The notes under the pieces: generated by a model
Database searches by the model: none
What the model was told of the DNA's origin: nothing
Seen by the model: the letters and a program-made list of their open reading frames with translations, nothing else
DNA from: Folioceros fuciformis
Taxonomy: Eukaryota
DNA length: 64,000 nucleotides
Reading direction: 5' to 3'
NCBI GenBank assembly: GCA_049999805.1
Contig: JBNGIO010006265.1
Location: 53,161 to 117,160 of the forward strand
Program-made: the position numbers and the translations under genes
In this document: piece after piece, positions 27,240 to 37,963 of the stretch
Numbering within the stretch: position 1 is the stretch's first letter
Layout: each line of letters starts with the position of its first letter

Positions 27240-29819
27240 ATGGCGACGCAGGTGGAGCTGTCCTTGGTTCTTCAGTCTACGTTTGTGGGACGGCAGACTG
27301 ATTTGCATCCGCGCGCTTTGCTGCCATCCTCACCCTCCCAGGCTTGGTTAGGGGGACGCGGAATGGTGTTTCTAGTCTCCCCGGCCGCCGCAGCAGCAGC
27401 TGCCTGTACAGACATTTGTAGAACTCAAGTCACGCAAAGAGAGCGACAGGAGAAATTGTGGCAACTGTTCTTCTCAGACCCTTTCGACTGGTGGGATAAC
27501 AGAGTTGATAAATCAAGCGAACGCCATCCCGATTTCAAGCATAGGACCTCCAAGGAGCCTCTGTGGCTCAACAGCCCCCACAAGCCGGCTTGGGTGGATT
27601 CGCAGCTGGCCAGGTGGGATGTTCAGATGAGGGGGCCTCGTGTTCTGTCTGCACAGGTTGATGATGGTGGTGGTGGTGGTGACCAGATTTTGGTAATCCA
27701 GAGCTTGAGGAAACATTGTCAGGAGGAGGGAGAGCTGAGTGAAGCTGTGGAAACCTTGGATTTGCTGGTCCAAAGGGGATATCGTATTCCCGATGATGTC
27801 TTCTATCGGTTGCTGAGGAGATGCATGGCAGATAAGGATCTGGTTTGTGGTAGGCGTGTTCACTCTCTTGTTGTCACCAGCGGGTACGGGGCTAGTGCAT
27901 TCTTGGCAACCCACATCATTGGAATGTATGCTTCTCATGGTGAATTGGCAGATGCAGCGCAGGTGTTCACCGAAGTGCCCAAACCGAACCTCTTCATGTG
28001 GTCTTCCATTATATTGGCGCATGCTCGGCAGGGCCAGCCCAAGCATGCAATCAAGTTTTATCGACGCATGAGAGCATCCGGTGTGCAGCCAAATAACCAT
28101 ATCTTTGCGGCAGCCCTTAAGGCATGCGCTTCTGCACAGGACCTCGTTTCAGGCAAGGAGGTTCATAATGATATTCAGACTAGTGCAGTGAAGGCCGATG
28201 CTTTCCTTGGCAACAGCCTGGTGACCATGTATGCCAAGTGTGGAAGCTTGAGTGATGCTCGCAAGGTGTTTGAAAGTCTGCCAACTAGGGATGTGGTAAC
28301 ATGGACTGCCATGATTGCAGGTTATACGCAGCAGGGTCTCGGACAAGAAGCTCTGGCTTTGTATGCAAGTATGCAACATGAGGGCGTCACTCCAGCTGAT
28401 CATGTGACATTCTTGTGCCTTTTGCAGGCATGTGCCAGTGTGGGGGCACTGCAGCACGGAAAGCACCTCCACTCACAGATTCGGGAGCGAGGTCTTGAAT
28501 GTGACGTTTTCATTGGTAGCTCCCTTGTTGACATGTACTCAAAATGTGGGAAGATGGATGATGCCCGCAAAGTGTTTGATGGATTGCCGATCAGGAATTT
28601 GGTGACATGGAATGCAATGATCGCAGGATATTCTCAGCAAGGACTTGGGCGAGAAGCCCTGGCCATTTATGCTACTATGCGACATGAGTGCATAACTCCA
28701 GCTGATCGTGTTACGTTTGCGTGCCTGCTCCAAGCATGCGCCAGCGTGGGAGCACTGCTGCAGGGAACGCAAATTCATGGACAGATTCGTGCAAGGGGCC
28801 TTGAGGATGATGTGTTCATTGGCACGTCCCTGGTGGACATGTATTCGAAATGTGGCAGTTTGGAAACTGCTCGCAAAGTTTTTGACGGATTGCCCACAAA
28901 AGTTGTCGCGACTTGGAACGCTCTTCTCATTGGCTGTGCTGAACACAGTGACGGTCACATGGCTATGCAATGCTTTGAAGAGATGCTTGAGCAGGGTGTA
29001 CAGCCAAACGAGAAAACGTTTACTTGTCTCTTGGTGGCATGCAGTCATGCAGGCCTGGTGCAGGAGGGCAGGAAGTATTTCAAGACGATGGTGGAGGACT
29101 ATGGGATTGTGCCGACCGACTACCACAATAGCTGCATGGTCGATATTCTTGCCCGGGGAGGCCAACTGGATGAAGCTGAAAACATGCTGCTTACTACCTC
29201 ACTTGTGAATGAGGCCGTGGGCTGGACATCTTTGCTGAATGCTTGTAAAATCTATGGCGAGATAGAGCGTGGACAACGATGCTTTCATCATCTGTTTGCA
29301 TTGCAAGCAGATGATGCAAGTGCATATGTTCTATTGGGTAACATCTATGCAAATGCGGGCAAGTGGGATGAAGTGGATAGAATAGAAAGCTTGAGGAAGT
29401 CAGTAGGTGCCATGAAGAAGCCTGCAAAGGCTTGCATTGAGGTGAAGGATGAGGTGCACGAGTTCACCGTAGGGGAAGACAGATCTGACATTTCATCGAA
29501 GCTGAGGAGTGTCAACTCACGATTGAAAGAGGAAGGAGGACATGTGCCACATACACAGTTGGTGTTGAGGGCAGTGTCTGAGCAGGAGAAGGAAGATGCA
29601 CTGTGTGGACATGCCGAAAAGCTAGCCCTAGCATACGGTCTGCTCAACACTCCAGATGGTGCAACTTTACTCGTTACCAAGAATCTTCGCATGTGCAATG
29701 ACTGCCACAGTAGCACCAAGATAATGTCATGTCTGGAGAACCGAGAGATAATAGTAAGGGACACGCATCGGGTACATCGATTTTCAAACGGGTCCTGTTC
29801 TTGTGGGGACAGGAATTGA
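27240..29819 (+). CDS. PLS-class PPR protein with N-terminal PDF (OSB-like) motif and DYW:KP deaminase domain (DRN ending)
   Basis: 859-aa intronless ORF. KKPAKACIEV, HAEKLA, CNDCH, C-terminus SCGDRN. Confidence 0.95.
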   Translation: MATQVELSLVLQSTFVGRQTDLHPRALLPSSPSQAWLGGRGMVFLVSPAAAAAAACTDICRTQVTQRERQEKLWQLFFSDPFDWWDNRVDKSSERHPDFKHRTSKEPLWLNSPHKPAWVDSQLARWDVQMRGPRVLSAQVDDGGGGGDQILVIQSLRKHCQEEGELSEAVETLDLLVQRGYRIPDDVFYRLLRRCMADKDLVCGRRVHSLVVTSGYGASAFLATHIIGMYASHGELADAAQVFTEVPKPNLFMWSSIILAHARQGQPKHAIKFYRRMRASGVQPNNHIFAAALKACASAQDLVSGKEVHNDIQTSAVKADAFLGNSLVTMYAKCGSLSDARKVFESLPTRDVVTWTAMIAGYTQQGLGQEALALYASMQHEGVTPADHVTFLCLLQACASVGALQHGKHLHSQIRERGLECDVFIGSSLVDMYSKCGKMDDARKVFDGLPIRNLVTWNAMIAGYSQQGLGREALAIYATMRHECITPADRVTFACLLQACASVGALLQGTQIHGQIRARGLEDDVFIGTSLVDMYSKCGSLETARKVFDGLPTKVVATWNALLIGCAEHSDGHMAMQCFEEMLEQGVQPNEKTFTCLLVACSHAGLVQEGRKYFKTMVEDYGIVPTDYHNSCMVDILARGGQLDEAENMLLTTSLVNEAVGWTSLLNACKIYGEIERGQRCFHHLFALQADDASAYVLLGNIYANAGKWDEVDRIESLRKSVGAMKKPAKACIEVKDEVHEFTVGEDRSDISSKLRSVNSRLKEEGGHVPHTQLVLRAVSEQEKEDALCGHAEKLALAYGLLNTPDGATLLVTKNLRMCNDCHSSTKIMSCLENREIIVRDTHRVHRFSNGSCSCGDRN

Positions 29820-30774
29820 GATTATTTGGAAAATGTTGTTTTACGCACCATGTCCACACCGCATTATCAATTGCTGGGCCAGGATTGGAACCTTCAGATA
29901 TGTTGACAGATATGCCTTTGTTGGCTTACAGTCATCTACACTTCTAAATAGATCCTATTGAGTTGGACTGTAGGAAGGGGTCTGGCCCATTTCAGCCCAG
30001 CATCTTTGGTCTCAGGGTGCCTTCTTGAGGTGGGAAAAGTGACTTTGATCATCGACACCGTGCAATGTCACAATGCTGGGACACCTGGCTGTATTCAAAC
30101 GTCAATCCCCGAGCAAGCTGCCCTCCAGGATGGTGGTAAGAAGATGGGACGTCCTATAACACAGGCGTCTTCTTGGCTGGTTATTCGAACTGGATAAGGC
30201 TGAAGATACGTTGTGAGGTACGTCATCTTGGCTGAGTCGCTGCTGCAGCCTTTGCTTAGTGATTACAAAAGTTAGGGTGGTTTTCCGTTTGGTCAATTAG
30301 ACCCTGCAAGTGCTGCGTTCTGTCATGCAGGTATGCGGGTGTGGAAAAGCTTGGAAATTTCAAGAAATGTCAGCATGCAGGCTCAGAGGCATGCGTGAGG
30401 CGGGTCGTGCCTACTACAAGAGTTCACAATTCTCAACTGAGGAGTGCGAATAGAGCTGTTACGGGGTCTACTCTGTATATAATTCGACACCCTGCTTAAT
30501 AAGCATGGATGAGGCAAGAAGTGCATAATGTGAACAATTTTCATCTGAGGATTGAGGATAGAGGTGCCCCTTACGAGAAGAGAAGTCTACATGTCCCAGC
30601 CGGAGAAGATAGCTTTGCGGTTCAGGGCGTGGCTGGAACAGCAGTTGTGAGCCGTTGCAGAGGGTCACCGATGAACGGTGAATGTGGGAACTGGTGGCAA
30701 GGTGCTGTTAAACGAATGGAAGAAACGCGAGCGACAACACAGTGCCCCTTGTATCCTAGTGAACCTCGGACAAG

Positions 30775-33084
30775 TCAATTCCGATCCCCACAGGAACAAA
30801 CGCCTTCCACGAATCGATGTACTCGATGGGCATCTCTCACAATTATCTCTCGTTTCTCAAGTTGTGACATGATTTTGGTGCTGCTGTGGCAGTCATTGCA
30901 CATGCGAAGGTTCTTAGTGAGAATCAAACTGGTGCCATCTGGTGTGTTTAAAAGTCCATAGGCCAAAGCCAATTTCTCCGCATGACCACACAAGGCGTCT
31001 TCCTTTTGCTGCTCAGAGACTGCCTTAAGTACCAACTCCGTTTGAGGCAAATGCCCTCCTTCCCACTTCAACTTGGTCTGCAGGCTTTTCATCTGTGAGG
31101 AAAGGTCCGACCTCTGTTCGCCTACCGTAAATTCGTGGACCTTGTTCTTCACTTCTATGTAAGCCTTCGCAGCTTTTTTCATAGCACCTGCCGCCTTCCT
31201 CAGGCCTTCTATTTTACCCACGTCATCCCACCTGCCCGCGGTTGCGTAAATGGTTCCTAACAGCACATACGAACTTGCGTCATCTGCTTCCAATTCCACA
31301 AGACGATCAAAGCAGCGTACTCCCCGCTCTACATCACGATGGCCTTTGCACGCACTCAACAACGCGGTCCACCCCACGACTTCGTTCACAAGGGACGTAG
31401 TTCGCAGTATATTTTCAGCCTCATCCAGCCTCCCTGAACGACCAAGGAGATCAACCATGCAAATGTAGTGATGCTCAGTAGGCCCAATACTATATCCCTC
31501 CACCATCCTCCTGAAATACTCCTTCCCCTCCTCCACTAGGCCTGCATGACTACAAGCCACCAAGAGAGAAATAAAAGTGGTCTCATCAGGCTCGACGCCC
31601 TCCTCAACCATATCTTCAAAGCACCGGATCGCCATCTCACCATCACCATTCTGAGCGTACCCATTAATCAGGGCATTCCATGTCACCACAACCCTGCTGC
31701 ACAAGCCGTCAAACACCCTACGAGCATGCTCCAAACTCCCACACTTCGCATACATGTCGACCAGGCAGCTCCCAATAAACACATCATTCTCAAGCCCACT
31801 TTCACAAATCTGCGAGTGAGCCTCCATCCCCTGCTGCAAAGCACCCACACTCCCACACGCTTGAATCAGCCCCAGAAACGTAACATGATCCGCTGCAGCC
31901 CTGCCCTCCCTCCTCATAAGCCCATATAGAGCAAGGGCTTCCCGCCCCAGCCCCTGCTGCGAGTACGCAGCAATGATAGCATTCCACGTCACCACATCCC
32001 GCCTCACAAGCCCGTCAAACACCTCCCGAGCCTCCTCTAAGCACCCGCATCTCGCGTACATGGTGACCAAGCAATTCCCAACCACAGCATCACCGTCCAT
32101 CCCCCTCTCCCTCACCCGCAAGTGCAACTCCCTCCCCTCCTCCAACGCCCTCAACCCGGCGCAAGCCTGGAGCAGGCAAACAAAAGTAACCTGATCAGCC
32201 AGAACCACCCCATTCTCCTGCATCCTCCTGTACAACCCCAGAGCCTCCTCCTCGCGCCCTTGCTGCGAATACCCCGCAATCATAGCAGTCCAAGACACCA
32301 CATCCTTATCCCCCAGTCCGTCAAAAACCCTCCGAGCATCCCCCAAGCTCCCGCACTTGGCATACATATTCACCAAACTGTTCCCCACAAACACATCACC
32401 CTCCACCCCACTCGCCTCCATGTCCCTATGCACCTCCTTCCCAGCCCCCAAATCCTGCCCATCCGTACAGGCCTTGAGCACCGCCGCGAAGATATGATTA
32501 TCCGGCCTCACGCCAGCCTGCCGCATCCGGCGGTACAGCCCCACAGCCTCCGCGACCCTTCCTTGCTGCGCATGCGCCAAGATAATCGACGACCACATAA
32601 ACACATTGGGCTCATCCACAGCAGCGAACACCTGCATTGCGTCCCCCAGCTCCCCAAGAGCGGCGTACATCCGGATCACATGGTTGGCCAAGAACGCGTC
32701 CGCCCCGTACCCGCTCGCCAGAGCAACCCAATGAACCCTCCTTCCCAGAGACAGGTCCTTCGCCCCCACACACCTCCTGAGCACCCGGTACAAGACCGTG
32801 CTGCTGGCACGGCATCCCCGCTGCACCAGGAGCTCCAACTCCGCCACATCCTCTCCCAGCCCCTGCGCCTCTCCGCGGCTTCCAAGCCCCTGCACTTGAC
32901 GGACGTCCCATCTACTGGCCCCGCTGTCGTGGTTCTGCATCAGCCTGGAAGAAGCTGCAAGAGCATCGCACTGGCCTTGTGCAAGGAAACTGCGGCGCAC
33001 GCACTCCCCAGCGGTCGCCATCAACTCAGACCCTGCATCGAGCAGGCTGGGGAGGGCCTGCAGTGCCGGTGGCATCATCGCCAT
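30775..33084 (-). CDS. PLS-class PPR protein with DYW:KP-type deaminase domain (DRN ending), lacking the PDF motif
   Basis: Intronless ORF with first ATG at 33084. KKAAKAYIEV, HAEKLA, CNDCH, C-terminus SCGDRN. Confidence 0.95.
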   Translation of the reverse strand: MAMMPPALQALPSLLDAGSELMATAGECVRRSFLAQGQCDALAASSRLMQNHDSGASRWDVRQVQGLGSRGEAQGLGEDVAELELLVQRGCRASSTVLYRVLRRCVGAKDLSLGRRVHWVALASGYGADAFLANHVIRMYAALGELGDAMQVFAAVDEPNVFMWSSIILAHAQQGRVAEAVGLYRRMRQAGVRPDNHIFAAVLKACTDGQDLGAGKEVHRDMEASGVEGDVFVGNSLVNMYAKCGSLGDARRVFDGLGDKDVVSWTAMIAGYSQQGREEEALGLYRRMQENGVVLADQVTFVCLLQACAGLRALEEGRELHLRVRERGMDGDAVVGNCLVTMYARCGCLEEAREVFDGLVRRDVVTWNAIIAAYSQQGLGREALALYGLMRREGRAAADHVTFLGLIQACGSVGALQQGMEAHSQICESGLENDVFIGSCLVDMYAKCGSLEHARRVFDGLCSRVVVTWNALINGYAQNGDGEMAIRCFEDMVEEGVEPDETTFISLLVACSHAGLVEEGKEYFRRMVEGYSIGPTEHHYICMVDLLGRSGRLDEAENILRTTSLVNEVVGWTALLSACKGHRDVERGVRCFDRLVELEADDASSYVLLGTIYATAGRWDDVGKIEGLRKAAGAMKKAAKAYIEVKNKVHEFTVGEQRSDLSSQMKSLQTKLKWEGGHLPQTELVLKAVSEQQKEDALCGHAEKLALAYGLLNTPDGTSLILTKNLRMCNDCHSSTKIMSQLEKREIIVRDAHRVHRFVEGVCSCGDRN

Positions 33085-34525
33085 CACCTGAGTCCTCGAC
33101 ACGATCCTTCGGCAGCCAGGAGCGACAATCCATCCATTTGTTAGTGCTGAGCTATGTCGGCCCGCTGCTCAGGACTCGTTGGCGTAATTCTAGTCTTCGA
33201 TCCTGCGTCACTGATGGAACATCCTTTGAAAGTCATCACGTCTCATGATTAATAAGTCGAGTCTATAGAACAGGGGATTCGGGACCAGGCAATCGATCCG
33301 GACACTCCTTCCTTATTGCAACAACCGATCGTTTTGTAACATTCATCGTTTCCGTTTCAAGAATGTGGGAGTTATGTTGTGTGAAAGTCTTCTTAGAAGG
33401 TGTGTGAACCCGTAGACTCATAAGCTAAGTTGGGCTTCTAACCACAAAGTGTTGAAATCGCCAAGAGTGTAGTTTTAAAAGGGGATGGCAAGTTAGGCCA
33501 CGACGGTATGACCGGTGGGTGATTGTTAATATCTTTGCCTCTCGCAAGACAATGAGCCCACCTAGACTCTAGGTGTCCTTGTACCTAGGTAAGCATGGTA
33601 TGTAGATAGCCTTTAGTCCTTCTCAGACTCGGCCTCCGCTATACTTCCTCTGCACATCCTCAACAATTTGACTTGGTTCTTGGATGCTTGGATAACAATG
33701 TCATTCTACTTTCAAGTTGAGATGCATGCAGAACAATGAGCGCGAATTTTGGTCCTACTCACATTCTAGAGATATGTCACCAAACTCAATCCTAACAAAC
33801 ATTGTGAGACAAATCACCAATTTGAGACCTAGCACACACAATAGAGATAGAGATAGGTCACCAATCTCGATTTTAGGGCACATTCATTGTAGAGACAAGA
33901 CACAATATAGGGTTGGTGATCCCAAGCTAGTCCACTTGATCATGAGAAGAGAGGAGCTAAGAAGCTCATCTCATGGAAAAGGAGGCAAAAGATCATCCTT
34001 TACTTCAATCCTTTATAAAGAGTAGTTAGCCCTCTTGGTATGATTAAAGGAGACTTAGCGTCGTTGCACATGCTATATATGTCGTGTAAGGGATTGTTTA
34101 TTAATATAAATATTTCAAATTGTTTATTAATATAAATATTTCAAAGAGTAGTTCATCTTAATTTCTAGCATCCGTAAAAATAAAATTCTAGGTATGGGAA
34201 AGAATATGCATCATTTCTCTAAGAATGAGCTAAGATAAACACGCTCATACATTTTTAAAGGATAATCTAGTATAATTATATTAATAAAAAAATCACGCCA
34301 CAAAAATTAGAGTAACCGGACTGTGTGGAGGGTATACTCCACCTGATTCGGTGGTCGAAATATTATCGCAACCAGAAGGAACCGAGAGATTGTCCCATCT
34401 TACCGGAAAGTTTCAACTTGTCCCCTAAGTCAGGTCATTTTAGCGTTGCTAGTGAAGGCCTCGTAGGGTTTTGGCGCAGACGAGACTTTGTTGGAATCAG
34501 CAGCTCCTGACAATCCGAGTGGACG

Positions 34526-35921
34526 ATGGCGGAGGATGCAGCGCCCGATCTGAAGGAGGAAGCAGTGCCCGGGGATATTGGCCCCTTCGATCCAAGCAAG
34601 AAGAAGAAGAAGAAAAAGGTGCGCCTTCAAGAGTACGAGGAGCTTGAGGAGGTGAAGGAACTTACGGAGGCACTCACAGGTCGGCATTCGCTTCAGCCTG
34701 TCCAGTGGAAGCGCGCAATCACCGTCTGACACCCGTGATTGATCTGCGCTCTTGGCTCATGCAGTGACAGACACAGTGGATTCTTCCTTCGCTGGACTTA
34801 AGAAGAAGAAGAAGAAAAAGCCGGTAAACGGAGGCATTGGGGACATTCCTTGTTGCTGTGGGCGGGGCCTGAGTCACCAGGATGTTGTCTAACACAAGTC
34901 GTGCTGATGTTCCAGGTCGAAGGAGACCTACCTGATGAAGAAGATCTCACTGAGGCACTCACTGAAGCCAATGGTACGAAGTTCGTTTCGACTTCTGTTT
35001 GGTTACGAGGACTGGTTTTATTGTGAGGAGCGATTGTTACAGAGGGCCTCAGTCTTGTCACGTCGTTTGCAGGCGGTAGAGGGGATGCTGGCGAGGATGA
35101 GGAGGGTGAACCTATTGTGCTGGAATCTAGCCCTCGCTATCCTTGGGAAGGGTCTGATAGAGACTACCTGTATGAAGAGGTGCCTAACTTTGCCTCTAAT
35201 CCGTCTTAGCTTTAAGCCGTGAAGGGTGACTGATGTCTGAACCCCTTTTTCTTTTTTGCATCAGCTGTTAGACAGGGTGTTCAACATCCTGAGGGAGAAC
35301 AACCCTGAACTGGCTGGCGAGAAGAGGAGGACGGTCATGAGGCCACCACAGGTGCTCAGAGAGGGAACCAAAAAAACAGTTTTTGTCAACTTTATGGATC
35401 TCGTGAAAACGTAAGTTGGTTACTTCGCCGGCCCATGTCCTTTTTTCGTGTTTTCTGGTGGCTGTTGTAGCTTCATTTTTTTCCCGGGGAGTGTCTCTCT
35501 CAACTTCAGAGTGTACTGTGTTTCACAGCATGAGACGTAACGGTGAGCACGTGATGGCGTTCTTACTCTCGGAGCTCGGAACCAGCGGCTCGCTGGACGG
35601 CCAACAGCGCCTGGTGGTGAAGGGTCGCTTTGCTCCTAAGAACTTCGAGGGAATCGTTCGCCGATATGTTAGTAAGTATATCTTGCCTCTATGAAACCCG
35701 TAGCTGTCTCCCCCTCGAATTCTGTGTCCATTTATGAACCTGAATCCGTTGATGCAGATGAGTACGTCATGTGCAACGGGTGTAAGAGCTCGGATACCCT
35801 CCTCACGAAAGAGAATCGGCTTTTTTTCCTGCGTTGCGAGCAATGTGGATGCTCGAGGTCGGTGGCGCCCATTAAGGCCGGATTTGTTGCCAGGGTGGGA
35901 CGTCGTAGGGCCACTACTTAG
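34526..35921 (+). CDS. EIF2S2: Eukaryotic translation initiation factor 2 subunit beta, multi-exon
   Basis: Poly-Lys boxes ([18 protein letters not shown]), [54 protein letters not shown]2-C2 zinc finger YVMCNGCKS...FLRCEQCG. Confidence 0.95.
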
Positions 35922-36265
35922 AGGTCATGACAGGTGGCTGGAGCGCAGCTTGGCATAGTAGCTATGAAAGTGAAGGCAGCCGGGACTATGTTGATGATTG
36001 CTTTGTATCGATTCAAGCGCTTCCAGATCCGTAGAAACGGGCGCGGGCCAGTAATGTCAAAAGTCCCAGGCCTCACAGTATAAAGCAGTGAGCAAGTCGT
36101 AGTCTCCTAACTGTAAGAATAAGCCTTTGCTGAGGTGGTTTTGTTGTTCAGGGTCGGACCATCCAGACCCTGTGATTGAATTGGCACGCATCTACAACCT
36201 CGTCTCCTTACAGACGGGACAAAGGGCTATATACTCTCTCATCTGCTGTTGGCGTAGGCAAGCCG

Positions 36266-37663
36266 CTACAATCTCATCTGCTGCAAGAAGCCGAGGTTAA
36301 GGGTATCCCGAACCATTAACACAACTCCGATGGCCAGCAGTAGCAAAATGCCGGAAGACATGATCCCCTGCTCCACGCCGGAGGGCAGCTTCTTGCCCCC
36401 ACGAAGCGCTTCCACCACGATGAGTGCGAGATAACCTCCATCCAGAGCCGGCAGAGGCAGCAAGTTCACCACTGCCAAATTAATGTTCACAATGGCCGCG
36501 AATTGAAACAGACCGGCGATGTCGGATCTGGCAACCTCGGCTCCCACAGCCACAATGGCCACGGGGCCAGACAGCTTGTCTGCCGTTTGCGCGAAGTTGA
36601 AGACGATCTGCTGGAGCCCGTCCACCACTACGTTGGTGAGCCTAGAAAACTCCTTTCCTGCGTACCCGGCCGCCTCCACCACGCTCTTGGTCCGTACCCT
36701 CTGCGTGAGGGCATTCGGCGAGAGCTGCACCCCGATCTTCCCCGACCCATCATATCCCTGGTCTGGAATGACTTCCACATCCACAGTCTCCCCCCCGCGC
36801 TGCAGCTGGAAGAAGAGCGTCTTCCCCGCACTCCGCTTGATGGTGTCCACTAGCTCCAGAACAGACGGCTCCTCGGCCCCCAGGACCACCCCGTTNNNNN
36901 NNNNNNNNNNNNNNNNNNNNNNNNNNNNNNNNNNNNNNNNNNNNNNNNNNNNNNNNNNNNNNNNNNNNNNNNNNNNNNNNNNNNNNNNNNNNNNNATAAC
37001 ATCCCCTCCGAGAAACCCCGCCCTGGCGGCAGCCGAGCTGGACACCACCTCGGGCACCAGCACCCCGGGCCGAAACCTTTGCTCTAGCAACCCCACCGTC
37101 TGCGCCTGCGCGAACAGCACGCTGTAGGCGAAGATCACGTTGGCGATGACGCCCGCCGAGATCACGAGCGCCCGGTCCCGGATGGGCCGATTCTTCAGAA
37201 GATCGGGGTCGTTCGGGGAGAACTCGCTCTCGGGGTCATCGTCCGGGAAGGCGACGAAGCCTCCCAGCGGGATGGCCCGCACCGAGTATTCCACGCTCTT
37301 CCACTGATACTTCACCAGCTTGGGCCCGAACCCAATGGCGAACTGCGTCACGTGGATGCCAAGCAACCGAGCCATGGAGAAATGCCCGCACTCATGCACT
37401 GTCACAATCGCCGCCAACACTCCGAGAGCTTGCAGAACGGATTCTGGGCCCTCCAGATTGATGCCCGCCAGGGACGCCTGGATCGCCCGCGCCCGCAGCC
37501 GGCAGCCCTGCGTCCCCCCTTGCCTCGTCCGAATCCGAAATTGCAGATTCAGCCGAGACTGGGAACCCAGCCGAGACTGCATCCGCCGCAGAGCCGGCGT
37601 GCACGCGCAGGCGCAGGTGGATGTAGCCATCCCCCCCGCTGCCAGCCTAGCGCTGGCCGCCAT
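36266..37663 (-). CDS. ARASP: Plastid site-2/RseP (M50) intramembrane metalloprotease with PDZ domain (ARASP-like), apparently intronless, spanning an N gap
   Basis: HECGH zinc motif, FAIGFGP, RAIPLGGFV, PDZ-like region, NLLPLPALDGG. Transit-like N-terminus from ATG 37663. Confidence 0.92.
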   Translation of the reverse strand: MAASARLAAGGMATSTCACACTPALRRMQSRLGSQSRLNLQFRIRTRQGGTQGCRLRARAIQASLAGINLEGPESVLQALGVLAAIVTVHECGHFSMARLLGIHVTQFAIGFGPKLVKYQWKSVEYSVRAIPLGGFVAFPDDDPESEFSPNDPDLLKNRPIRDRALVISAGVIANVIFAYSVLFAQAQTVGLLEQRFRPGVLVPEVVSSSAAARAGFLGGDVXXXXXXXXXXXXXXXXXXXXXXXXXXXXXXXXXXNGVVLGAEEPSVLELVDTIKRSAGKTLFFQLQRGGETVDVEVIPDQGYDGSGKIGVQLSPNALTQRVRTKSVVEAAGYAGKEFSRLTNVVVDGLQQIVFNFAQTADKLSGPVAIVAVGAEVARSDIAGLFQFAAIVNINLAVVNLLPLPALDGGYLALIVVEALRGGKKLPSGVEQGIMSSGILLLLAIGVVLMVRDTLNLGFLQQMRL

Positions 37664-37963
37664 GGTTGCGCCTCCCAAACTCCTGCTCCTGCTCTCCCTT
37701 CGACCTGTTTGCTGCTTCTCTTGCTGCCTCCGCTTCCGGGTCAGATGACCAGCGGTCTGCAGCTTCTCAGGGAAGCACCAGGCGATCACCACTTCCGGCA
37801 CTAGGGAAGGAGCCTGAGCGCCCGGAGCAAGGCCGCTCCTCGGGGAACGATGCTTGGCTGGCCACGGAACCTCGACCCCCGGTAGAACTCGTGGCGACGA
37901 TTTTTTCGTGACCCCACACTTCGGCGGGGATAACAGGCAAAATCAAAGGTGTCTTCAGTCGGG

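Noticed and set aside
32122-33144. 340-aa plus-strand ORF and other long antisense ORFs over the PPR genes
   Set aside because: Shadow ORFs caused by GC-rich codon bias of the opposite-strand PPR CDS.
33250-34300. Possible retrotransposon remnant upstream of eIF2-beta
   Set aside because: No RT, integrase or gag motifs and no LTR pair could be identified by eye.
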